DNA of 64,000 nt. It comes from Thermodesulfobacteriota bacterium. Lineage in GTDB: Bacteria > Desulfobacterota_D > UBA1144. The translations under genes were made by a program, and so were the position numbers. The stretch lies in assembly GCA_036340075.1 (NCBI GenBank), contig JAYYZJ010000008.1, positions 1 through 64,000 of the forward strand. Direction: 5' to 3'. This document shows positions 23,814 through 32,650 of this stretch, one piece after another. Positions within the stretch are counted from its first letter, which is position 1, and the number at the start of each line of letters is the position of its first letter. A model generated the notes under the pieces. The model was not told where the DNA came from and did no database searches. It worked only from the letters and a program-made list of their open reading frames with translations.

Positions 23814-24321
23814 CAATATATATTTAATAGGATTTATGGGCGCTGGAAAAACTACCGTAGGCAAAGAGCTTGAAAAATTAATTTCATATAAATTTCAGGA
23901 TATGGATGAATTGATTGTAGAAGATTCAAATATGGAAATAACTGAAATTTTTGCATCAAAAGGAGAGGATTATTTTAGAGACTTAGAATCTAAAAAATTA
24001 ATAGAAATGTCCAATAAAGATAGCCTTATAGTGTCAACCGGAGGCGGAATAATTTTAAGAAATACAAATAGAGAAATCTTATATAGAAATTTTTCAATAT
24101 ACCTAAGGGCTTCATATAAAACTATTTTTAATAGAATCAAGAAAGACAAATCTAGGCCGCTACTCAATACGGATGACCCTTATTCTACAGGACTGAATTT
24201 ATTCAATAGCAGGGAGGAGATATACGAATCTTTTAATTATATTGTTGATACAGACGATTTAAACCCTTCCAAAGTGGCAAAAGAAATTTTAGAAATATAT
24301 AACGATGTCGTCATATCATAA
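23803..24321 (+). CDS. aroK: Shikimate kinase
   Basis: GFMGAGKTT, GEDYFRDLE, STGGG, RPLL. Confidence 0.95.
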   Translation: MKTNNIYLIGFMGAGKTTVGKELEKLISYKFQDMDELIVEDSNMEITEIFASKGEDYFRDLESKKLIEMSNKDSLIVSTGGGIILRNTNREILYRNFSIYLRASYKTIFNRIKKDKSRPLLNTDDPYSTGLNLFNSREEIYESFNYIVDTDDLNPSKVAKEILEIYNDVVIS

Positions 24322-25363
24322 TATTTCATCCCAAATTAAATCATTAGTTCTATCTTCAGGATTTGATCTTGTTGGTATATCTCAAGCAACAAAACTCAAT
24401 GATAACGAATATCTACAAGCATGGATTGATAAAGATTACCAAGGAGAAATGACATATATGGAGGATGTACGAAAGAGATCTGATGTGAGAAAAATTAACA
24501 AATCCTTTAAGTCAGTAATTACTTGTGGGATTAATTATAATTCGATTGATAATGATAATACTTCTAAAAGTGTAAATGAAACTACTAAGGGATGGATATC
24601 TAGATATGCTACCGGGGATGACTACCATAAATTGTTAGAAAAAAAATTAAAAAGAATTACTTTTGAAATAAAAAATCTTTTTCCATTCAAAATAGAAGCT
24701 AAGTACTATGTCGACACTGGGCCAATATTGGAAAGAGCTTATGCAAGTAATAGTGGTGTTGGCTGGATAGGTAAGAATTCATGTTTAATCAATAAAGACA
24801 TAGGATCTTGGATTTTCTTATCAGAAATTCTCATAGACCAAGCTCTAGATTATGATGAAGAAATAAAAGATATGTGCGGAACTTGCACACGGTGCATTGA
24901 TGCATGTCCAACCAAGGCAATAATTTCTGAGAAAGTTATTGATTCAAATAAGTGTATATCGTATTTAAATATCGAAAATAAAAAATATATAGACAGTAGT
25001 TTGGCCAACAAGTTTGTGAACAATATTTATGGTTGTGACATCTGTCAAGAAATTTGTCCTTGGAACAGGAAAGCAAAACTGACAGATTTAAAAACTTTTA
25101 ATACAAGAGAAGATTTAATATCCCCTGATTTATTGAACTTGCTAGATCAAATAGAAAATAATTGGGATACCTTTAAGATAAATAGTCCAATGAAAAGGGT
25201 TAAGCAAGAAGGTTTGATAAGAAACATATTGATTGTGCTGGGAAATTCATCGCGTGCTGAATATATACCAATTTTGAAAAAATATTTGAATAGTAAAAAC
25301 AAAATTCATGCCAAAACAGCGGAAGATTCTATAAGGCGACTAAGTTCTTTAATTAGTTCTTGA
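24305..25363 (+). CDS. queG: Epoxyqueuosine reductase (cobalamin-dependent)
   Basis: SRYATGDDYH, VDTGPILER, GWIGKN, CGTCTRCIDACPT, YGCDICQEICPWN. Confidence 0.95.
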   Translation: MSSYHNISSQIKSLVLSSGFDLVGISQATKLNDNEYLQAWIDKDYQGEMTYMEDVRKRSDVRKINKSFKSVITCGINYNSIDNDNTSKSVNETTKGWISRYATGDDYHKLLEKKLKRITFEIKNLFPFKIEAKYYVDTGPILERAYASNSGVGWIGKNSCLINKDIGSWIFLSEILIDQALDYDEEIKDMCGTCTRCIDACPTKAIISEKVIDSNKCISYLNIENKKYIDSSLANKFVNNIYGCDICQEICPWNRKAKLTDLKTFNTREDLISPDLLNLLDQIENNWDTFKINSPMKRVKQEGLIRNILIVLGNSSRAEYIPILKKYLNSKNKIHAKTAEDSIRRLSSLISS

Positions 25364-25388
25364 CACAATTTCTTAATTTGTTTAGCTT
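25360..25388 (+). promoter_or_regulatory. Sigma70-type promoter upstream of tpx
   Basis: TTGACA (25360-65), 17-nt spacer, TAGCTT (25383-88); GGAGG RBS follows. Confidence 0.45.
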
Positions 25389-25405
25389 ATTTTTGGAGGT
25401 TTTTT

Positions 25406-25924
25406 ATGAGTGAAGAAAGAAAAGGAGCCGTAACATTAAAAGGCAATCCAATTACATTATCTGGACCAGAGCTTAAGGTAGGAGATCAGGCACCTGATTT
25501 CACCTGTGACCAAGGACTTGCACCAAGCATTTCTTTGTCTGACATGGGAGACAAAATAAAAATATTCAATGTGTTACTTTCTATTGCAACACCAGTTTGC
25601 CAGAATCAAACAAGAAAGTTTAATGAAGAACTAGGAAGTATAAACGGGGAATTGGAAGCATATATTGTAAGTGTGGATTTGCCAATGGCGCACAAAACAT
25701 TTTGTGGATCGGAAGGAATTGAAATTATAAAAGGTCTTTCTGATTATAAAAATAATTCATTTGGTTCTTCTTATGGAGTTCTAATGACTGAGCATAAGGT
25801 TTTATGTAGGGCAGTTTTTGTTATTGATAAAAATAATACCATTCAGCATGTTGAATATGTAAGTGAAATCTCACAAGAACCTGATTATAATGCAGCGTTA
25901 AATGTTATAAAAAGTTTAGTATAA
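25406..25924 (+). CDS. tpx: Thiol peroxidase (atypical 2-Cys peroxiredoxin)
   Basis: VTLKGNPITL, SIATPVC, SVDLP, RAVFVID, EPDY. Confidence 0.9.
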   Translation: MSEERKGAVTLKGNPITLSGPELKVGDQAPDFTCDQGLAPSISLSDMGDKIKIFNVLLSIATPVCQNQTRKFNEELGSINGELEAYIVSVDLPMAHKTFCGSEGIEIIKGLSDYKNNSFGSSYGVLMTEHKVLCRAVFVIDKNNTIQHVEYVSEISQEPDYNAALNVIKSLV

Positions 25925-26232
25925 TGAGTGAGTCTCTAAGCAAGGAGAAGATTTTAGAAGCATTGTCTCAGGTTTACGATCCTGAAATACCTATAGATAT
26001 AGTAAATCTAGGACTTGTTTACAAAGTAACTATAGATAATGACATTGTAAACCTAGAGATGACCATGACCTCTCCAGGTTGCCCTTCAGCAAGAGAGATA
26101 ATAATGGAAGCTCAAACTGTAGTAAGTGAGCTGGATGGTGTAAAAGAAACAAATATAGAGATAGTTTGGGATCCACCTTGGTCGCCTGAAAAGATGAGTG
26201 AAGAAGCAAAACTTAGTATGGGTATTGATTAA
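25924..26232 (+). CDS. DUF59 / SufT-like Fe-S cluster assembly protein
   Basis: VYDPEIPIDIVNLGLVY, MTMTSPGCP, VWDPPWS. Confidence 0.92.
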   Translation: MSESLSKEKILEALSQVYDPEIPIDIVNLGLVYKVTIDNDIVNLEMTMTSPGCPSAREIIMEAQTVVSELDGVKETNIEIVWDPPWSPEKMSEEAKLSMGID

Positions 26233-26681
26233 TGGCGAAAAAGAAATTAGCTATAGGTGATATTGCACCAGATTTTAACTATAAATTCGAAAACAATGAA
26301 GAAATATCGCTTAAAAATTTTATAGGCAAAAAAGTTTTAATTTATTTTTATCCTAAGGACAACACCCCAGGATGTACAAAACAAGCCTGTTCGCTAAGAG
26401 ACTCGAAAAAAGATTTTGAAAACTTAGGGATTGAGATTATAGGAATAAGTAAAGATTCTGAAAAATCACACAAAAACTTTGAATCTAAATATGGATTAAA
26501 TTTCATTTTAGTTCCAGATCCAAATAAAAAAATAATCCAACTGTATGGCGTACTCAATGATGCTGGTTCTGCACAAAGAGTTTCATTCTTAATCGATGAA
26601 TACGGGAAAATTCTTAATATATGGACAAAAGTTAATACCAAAGAACATGGAAAAGAAATTTTAGATTTCCTTAACTTATAA
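26232..26681 (+). CDS. bcp: Peroxiredoxin Bcp
   Basis: YFYPKDNTPGCTKQAC. Confidence 0.92.
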   Translation: MAKKKLAIGDIAPDFNYKFENNEEISLKNFIGKKVLIYFYPKDNTPGCTKQACSLRDSKKDFENLGIEIIGISKDSEKSHKNFESKYGLNFILVPDPNKKIIQLYGVLNDAGSAQRVSFLIDEYGKILNIWTKVNTKEHGKEILDFLNL

Positions 26682-26682
26682 T

Positions 26683-27426
26683 ATGATAATCTTTGTAACC
26701 GGAACAGATACAAATATTGGCAAAACTTTTACAACAGCAATGTTGACCCGTTGTTTAAGTAGAAAATATAAGAAATTAGCTGTTGTTAAACCTATTGAGT
26801 CAGGAGTGGTTGCTTCTAATAAATCTGATTTATACACAATAAAAAAATTCAATGAAAATAACTCCAGAAGTATTGATTATTACAACTTTATTACTTTTAG
26901 AGAACCTGTTGCACCACTAACAGCGGCCAAGTTAAATCAGAGAAGAATTAATTTTTCAGATATTGTAAAAAGCATTAAAAATCTCAAGAAAAAATATAAT
27001 TTAGTCATTGTTGAGGGAGCCGGTGGAGTTAGAGTTCCTATTACAAAAAAATTCCAAATGATTGATTTAATGAAGAAATTGGATGCTGTGGTTATATTAG
27101 TCGCCTCCCCTTCTTTGGGGACAATTAATCATATTCTATTGTCTGTTCAGGCTCTAATTAGTCATAGAATTAAATTTAAGGGCATTATTATTAATAGGTA
27201 CCCCAAAAAGCCCAACATTTCTGAAATATACAATCCAATTATAATATCCCAAAGCAAAATCAAGATTCTCGGCGTTATTCCAGATTTTGGCTCAATAAAT
27301 CTCAAAAAAAGCAAAATCAACTATAAAAATTTTTTTACTCCATTCTTAAATGGAAGCTTTAATTCAAAAATTTTTTTGAAGAATTGCAGATCCAAATTCA
27401 AGAATATTTCTAATAAAGTAGGCTGA
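26683..27426 (+). CDS. bioD: Dethiobiotin synthase
   Basis: FVTGTDTNIGKT, KPIESG, VEGAGG, LGTINH. Confidence 0.95.
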   Translation: MIIFVTGTDTNIGKTFTTAMLTRCLSRKYKKLAVVKPIESGVVASNKSDLYTIKKFNENNSRSIDYYNFITFREPVAPLTAAKLNQRRINFSDIVKSIKNLKKKYNLVIVEGAGGVRVPITKKFQMIDLMKKLDAVVILVASPSLGTINHILLSVQALISHRIKFKGIIINRYPKKPNISEIYNPIIISQSKIKILGVIPDFGSINLKKSKINYKNFFTPFLNGSFNSKIFLKNCRSKFKNISNKVG

Positions 27427-27454
27427 TTGACAGTAAAAATCACTATGATATCAT
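27427..27454 (+). promoter_or_regulatory. Sigma70-type promoter of the act operon
   Basis: TTGACA (27427-32), 16-nt spacer ending in TG-n, TATCAT (27449-54). Confidence 0.65.
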
Positions 27455-27499
27455 TTTACGAGTCTTACGATTCGGCTGTAAAAAATAAGGAATACTTCG

Positions 27500-28285
27500 T
27501 TGTCAAAGAAACTTGCGCTTATAACTATTTCTGCATTTTTGTTCGCTCTTATTGCTATTTATTTTGCTTTTTTTAGAGACGTGAGACCTTACCAACCCAT
27601 AGCGTTTAGCCATAAGATTCATGCTGGTGTTAATGAAATTCCATGTACTTACTGCCATTCTTATGTTGCGAAATCATCACAACCTGGAATTCCTTCCGTA
27701 ATGGAATGTATGGGATGTCACCAATATGTAAAAGCCGAATACGATCCAAATGACCCAAAATCGGTTTATCAATATAAAGGGAAGCCAATAAATCCAAATG
27801 ATTATCTTTATGATGGACGAAGACGAATTAAATTTGAAGAAGAAATTAAAAAGTTGGCAGGTTATTGGGAGAGAAAAGAAGATATTCCCTGGGTAAATTA
27901 TCACTATGTACCAGAGCACGCTAAGTTTCCGCATAAGCCTCATATCCGATATGGATTAGAATGTAAAACTTGTCATGGTAACGTAGAAGATGTAGACATA
28001 CCAAAACCAATAGTAAATATAAAGATGGGCTGGTGCATAAGCTGTCATGAAGAAAAGTTAGATAAGAATTTTGAAGAACTTGAAAAACTTCATGAAGGTC
28101 TTTCTCAACTAAGTGAATTAGATAGACGAATAATGACTCATACAGGAAGAATACCGTACAATAAACTTTATAAAGATAAAAAGAAATTGGGTGATGCATG
28201 GACTTCTACTCAAGAATCAGAAAGATTAATTAATATTGATAAGGAGGTTGCTTGGCTTAAAGATTGCTCTACATGTCATTATTAA
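27500..28285 (+). CDS. actA: Alternative complex III pentaheme cytochrome c subunit ActA
   Basis: N-terminal TM helix, QPIAFSHKIHAG, five CxxCH motifs (CTYCH, CMGCH, CKTCH, CISCH, CSTCH), MGWC; first gene of the act operon. Confidence 0.9.
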   Translation: MSKKLALITISAFLFALIAIYFAFFRDVRPYQPIAFSHKIHAGVNEIPCTYCHSYVAKSSQPGIPSVMECMGCHQYVKAEYDPNDPKSVYQYKGKPINPNDYLYDGRRRIKFEEEIKKLAGYWERKEDIPWVNYHYVPEHAKFPHKPHIRYGLECKTCHGNVEDVDIPKPIVNIKMGWCISCHEEKLDKNFEELEKLHEGLSQLSELDRRIMTHTGRIPYNKLYKDKKKLGDAWTSTQESERLINIDKEVAWLKDCSTCHY

Positions 28286-28307
28286 GCCAAGACTGTTGAA
28301 TTGAAAA

Positions 28308-31307
28308 ATGAGTTCTAAAATAAAAAAAGAAAAAGGTTCATTAAGTAGAAGAGATTTCCTTAAAGCAATTTCAGCAATAGGGGGAGCTGCTATAATATCA
28401 TCTGGCTGCTCACCGGAACCTTTAGATAAGTTAGTTTCGTATGCAATTCCGCCAGAGGATGTAATACCAGGAGTTCCAAATTTTTATTCAACAGCACTGC
28501 CGCATTCTCCTGTGGGGTCTTCCATTGTTGTTAAAATAAGAGAAGGAAGAGCAATTAAGGTAGAAGGGAACCCTCTTGATCCAGTATGTAAAGGTTCAAC
28601 AACTGCTGAGACTCAAGCTTCTCTTCAAGGACTATATGACCCAGATAGGATAAAACAGCCTTTATTTAGAAACGATAGAAATAATTTGGTTCCGCTTACG
28701 TGGACCTCTGCACTAGATATTCTGTCAAAAAAATTGAACGAAAAACCAAAGAATATATATTTTCTCACAGACAATACGACCGGAACTTTAGATGTACTTA
28801 TAAATTCATTTTGTAATAAAATCAACGCTAAAAGAATTAAATATGAGATGTTATCTTATGAACATATTTCTTATGGAAACTATTTGTCTTTTGGTAAGAG
28901 ACTAATACCTACTTATAAAATCGACAAAGCAAATTACCTGTTAAGTTTTGGAGCGGACTTTTTAGAAACCTGGCTCTCTCCAGATGAATACAATAGAAGA
29001 TTTTCTAAGATGCACTCTATTGATGGAAAGAGAAAAGGGAAATTTGTTCAAATTGAACCAAAACTTACTCTTACAGGCGCGAAGGCAGACGAATGGGTGC
29101 CAGCAGCACCTAATACTAGTCTTTATTTAGCTTTAGGTTTGATTAACTACATTAAACAAAAAGGATTAAACAAGAAACCTGTACCAAACACTTTTTCAAA
29201 CTTATCTGATTTTAATCTTTCAACAACAAGTCGAATTACAGGAGTGTCAACTGAATCAATAAAGAAAATTGCTAAAGATTTTGCTAAATCTAAATCCGCT
29301 CTTGCAATAGGAGGCTCAATATCTAATGCTGGCAATCAAGAGCATTTAACTATCGTTGCCATCAATATACTCAATCATATAACAAACAATTTAGACAAGG
29401 TTGATTTTGACAATAATTTATCATTGTCTAACGCATCTCCTTATTCTGATATTCTTGATTTTGTAAATAAAGCGAAATCCGGAGAGGTAGATATTGTTTT
29501 AATTCATAATACTAATCCAGTCTATTCTCTTTCGGATTCTTTAGATATAGAGAAAGCTTTTGAGAAGATTCCATACAAAGTTAGTTTTAATTCTAGTATG
29601 GATGAAACAACGGAATTTTGTGATTTAGTGCTTCCGGATGCACATCCTTTAGAACAGTGGGGTGATTACGAAGGAAAGAAAGGAAACCGATATATTATTC
29701 AGCCTGTAATGAAGCCGCTATATGGAAACTTGTCTGTAGGAGAATGTATAGTTTCAATTTTCAACGATGTTGAGCCTACAAAAGGAAACATAACCTCTAA
29801 GTCTTATCTAGATTATTTGAAAAATTCTTGGAGAAAATTATCTACTGAAGGATCATTTGAAGATTTTTGGAACAAAGTTCTTGTCTCTGGTGGATTATTT
29901 AAAGAATACACATCAGCATCTAATGTTTCTTTTAGTTCATCAAGAAGACATTCAGTGGTCCTGCCTGAATTCAATCAAGAAAGGCTGAACCTTTACATAA
30001 CTCCTTCATACAGATTTTATGATGGACGGAGTGCGAATAAGTCTTGGCTTCAAGAATTACCAGACCTTCTAACCACTGCAGTATGGGACTCTTGGGTAGA
30101 AATCAATTCCAAGCTTGCTGATAAGTTAAAAATTAAAGAAGGAGACTATGTAGAAATTGAATCAAATTATGGAAAGATTACAACTCAAGCGTATCTTTCT
30201 AAAGCTATGAGGCCAGATACGGTTTCTATATCTTTAGGTCAGGGGCACACATCCATGGGGCGTTATGCAAGTGATCGTGGAGTGAATCCAATAAACCTAC
30301 TAGATGGAAACGAAATTGGTCAAGCTGGGAATCTGAATTGGTCTTCAACAAAAGTTGTTATAAGAAAAACAGGTAGATGGTCACAATTTGTTAAGGTTCA
30401 ACACTCGTATTCACAAGAAAATAGAGATATTGCTCAAACTATAGCACTCTCAAAATTAATTAAAGACCACCATGATGAAAAACACGAGGAACATCATAAT
30501 GGGAAAAGTTACGGACAAGACAAAGGCCATCATGATGAACATCATGGCGATCATCATGCTACATATGATTACGATATGTATAAAGAATATGATTATTTTG
30601 TTCACAAATGGGGTATGAATATTGATTTAGATAAGTGTGTCGGCTGTGGAGCATGTGTTGTGGCATGCTATGCAGAAAACAACATCCCTGTTGTTGGTAA
30701 AGAACAAGTGGCGAATGGAAGACATATGGCGTGGTTAAAATTAGAAAGATTTCAAGATGAAGAGGACCATTTGGGAGACACTAGAATCGATACTAGGGTT
30801 CTTCCACAATTGTGCCAGCATTGTGAAAATGCGCCTTGTGAACCTGTTTGTCCAGTTTTTGCTACTTATCATAATCCAGAAGGACTTAATCTCATGGTAT
30901 ACAGTCGATGTGTAGGAACTCGATATTGTTCTAACAACTGTTCTTACAAAGTAAGAAGATTTAATTGGTTTAAATACGAATGGCCGGAGCCACTAAATTA
31001 TCAGCTTAATCCTGATGTTACAGTTAGGTCAAAAGGTGTAATGGAAAAATGTAGTCTATGTGTGCAAAGAATAAATTATGCAAAAGATAAAGCGAAAGAT
31101 GAAGATAGAAAAGTTAGAGATGGTGAAATTCGTCCTGCGTGTGAACAGGCATGCGGATGTGATGCTATTACATTTGGAGATTTAAATGATCCAAAAAGTA
31201 AGCTATCAAAATTAAATAAATCAGAACGAACATACCATGTTCTCAGCGAACTTAATACAAGACCAACTATCTCTTATTTGAAAAAAATCGAGTGGGATAA
31301 AGGATAA
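28308..31307 (+). CDS. actB: Alternative complex III subunit ActB (molybdopterin-oxidoreductase fold fused to an Fe-S domain)
   Basis: Tat signal SRRDFLK followed by lipobox-like SSGC; EGRAIKVEGNP; C-terminal CVGCGACVVAC, CQHCENAPCEPVCP, CVGTRYCSNNC, RSKGVMEKC. Confidence 0.92.
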   Translation: MSSKIKKEKGSLSRRDFLKAISAIGGAAIISSGCSPEPLDKLVSYAIPPEDVIPGVPNFYSTALPHSPVGSSIVVKIREGRAIKVEGNPLDPVCKGSTTAETQASLQGLYDPDRIKQPLFRNDRNNLVPLTWTSALDILSKKLNEKPKNIYFLTDNTTGTLDVLINSFCNKINAKRIKYEMLSYEHISYGNYLSFGKRLIPTYKIDKANYLLSFGADFLETWLSPDEYNRRFSKMHSIDGKRKGKFVQIEPKLTLTGAKADEWVPAAPNTSLYLALGLINYIKQKGLNKKPVPNTFSNLSDFNLSTTSRITGVSTESIKKIAKDFAKSKSALAIGGSISNAGNQEHLTIVAINILNHITNNLDKVDFDNNLSLSNASPYSDILDFVNKAKSGEVDIVLIHNTNPVYSLSDSLDIEKAFEKIPYKVSFNSSMDETTEFCDLVLPDAHPLEQWGDYEGKKGNRYIIQPVMKPLYGNLSVGECIVSIFNDVEPTKGNITSKSYLDYLKNSWRKLSTEGSFEDFWNKVLVSGGLFKEYTSASNVSFSSSRRHSVVLPEFNQERLNLYITPSYRFYDGRSANKSWLQELPDLLTTAVWDSWVEINSKLADKLKIKEGDYVEIESNYGKITTQAYLSKAMRPDTVSISLGQGHTSMGRYASDRGVNPINLLDGNEIGQAGNLNWSSTKVVIRKTGRWSQFVKVQHSYSQENRDIAQTIALSKLIKDHHDEKHEEHHNGKSYGQDKGHHDEHHGDHHATYDYDMYKEYDYFVHKWGMNIDLDKCVGCGACVVACYAENNIPVVGKEQVANGRHMAWLKLERFQDEEDHLGDTRIDTRVLPQLCQHCENAPCEPVCPVFATYHNPEGLNLMVYSRCVGTRYCSNNCSYKVRRFNWFKYEWPEPLNYQLNPDVTVRSKGVMEKCSLCVQRINYAKDKAKDEDRKVRDGEIRPACEQACGCDAITFGDLNDPKSKLSKLNKSERTYHVLSELNTRPTISYLKKIEWDKG

Positions 31308-32650
31308 TGAGCAACATAGCTGAAGCAGATAAATATGCAAATTTAAATCAAACTGTTATGAACATGTTGAACAAGCCTTCGTTTGGCTGGTGGGCTATTT
31401 TCGTAGTTGATTTAATGTTTCTTGCTTTTGGAATTTTTTGTTTTATGTATCAAGTTTACACAGGTTTAGGTGTAGCCGGATATAGCCACCCTGTTCTTTG
31501 GGGAGTATATATTACTAATTTTGTTTTTTGGGTTGGTATTGCTCATTCTGGAACCTTGATTTCCGCGGTTCTTTATCTATTCAGAGCACGATTTAGAATG
31601 TCTATCTATAGAATTGCTGAGGCAATGACGGTATTTGCAGTTTTCACCGCAGGATTATTTCCAATCATTCACCTTGGTAGACCGTGGAATTTTTATTGGC
31701 TCTTACCTTATCCTAACCAAAGAGGTTTATGGGTAAATTTTGATTCACCACTTTTATGGGATGTTTTTGCTGTTAGTACTTATTTGACGATAAGTTCAAC
31801 ATTCTTTTTTATAGGGATGATTCCGGATATAGCTGCAATAAGAGATTCAGTAGTCAGCAAAGCAAAGAAGACTTTTTATTCTGTTCTGTCACTGGGATGG
31901 AAAGGATCAAGTTGGGAATGGGGACATTATACTAGAGCATATTTTTATTTTGCTGCATTTGCTACTCCTTTAGTTATTTCAGTCCATAGTGTTGTATCTT
32001 GGGATTTTGCTATGGCGAATACACCTGGTTGGCATACAACAATCTTCCCACCATATTTTGTGGCCGGAGCGATATTTTCTGGTCTTGCTATGGTTATAAC
32101 TTTAGTCATTCCTCTTAGGAGTATATTTAAACTAGAAAATTATATAACTATGGATAATTTTGATGGGATGTCTAAGATGATTATTTTAACTTCAAGCATA
32201 GTATTTTACGCATACCTAACAGAATTTTTTATTGCTTGGTATAGTGACAATAAATATGAATATGACCAGTTCCTATATAGAGCAAATGGAGACTATGCAT
32301 TATTTTACTGGACTATGATGTTTTGTAATGGAATAGTTCCGCATGCTTTATGGTTTAAAAAAATAAGACAAAATTTAAAAATTTTATTTGTAATTTCTTT
32401 ATTAATCAACGTTGGAATGTGGTTTGAAAGATTTAACATTATTGTTATTTCATTATCTAAAGAATTTGAACCTGGCTCATGGGGTTTATATAAACCGTCT
32501 TGGGTTGAGCTAGGTATAACTGTTGGAAGTTTTGCTTGGTTCTTTATGTTCTTTTTGATTTTTGTAAGAACTCTACCAGCTTTATCTATTGCAGAAATCA
32601 AGGAAATACTTCCTGTTCCAAAGAAAAATGGAGGATCTAATAATGAGTGA
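31307..32650 (+). CDS. actC: Alternative complex III quinol-binding membrane subunit ActC (NrfD family)
   Basis: NFVFWVGIAHSGTLISA, HLGRPW, SPLLWD, SVHSVVSWDF, PGWHTTIFPPYFVAGAIFSG. Confidence 0.94.
   Translation: MSNIAEADKYANLNQTVMNMLNKPSFGWWAIFVVDLMFLAFGIFCFMYQVYTGLGVAGYSHPVLWGVYITNFVFWVGIAHSGTLISAVLYLFRARFRMSIYRIAEAMTVFAVFTAGLFPIIHLGRPWNFYWLLPYPNQRGLWVNFDSPLLWDVFAVSTYLTISSTFFFIGMIPDIAAIRDSVVSKAKKTFYSVLSLGWKGSSWEWGHYTRAYFYFAAFATPLVISVHSVVSWDFAMANTPGWHTTIFPPYFVAGAIFSGLAMVITLVIPLRSIFKLENYITMDNFDGMSKMIILTSSIVFYAYLTEFFIAWYSDNKYEYDQFLYRANGDYALFYWTMMFCNGIVPHALWFKKIRQNLKILFVISLLINVGMWFERFNIIVISLSKEFEPGSWGLYKPSWVELGITVGSFAWFFMFFLIFVRTLPALSIAEIKEILPVPKKNGGSNNE

Noticed and set aside
28308..31307. 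Molybdoenzyme (polysulfide/DMSO reductase) for anaerobic respiration
   Set aside because: No N-terminal Fe-S Cys motif, and the actA-F context identifies it as ActB, which does not bind molybdopterin.
32589..32642. Upstream TTG start for actD given by the ORF track
   Set aside because: It overlaps actC by about 60 nt; ATG at 32643 has a GGAGG RBS.
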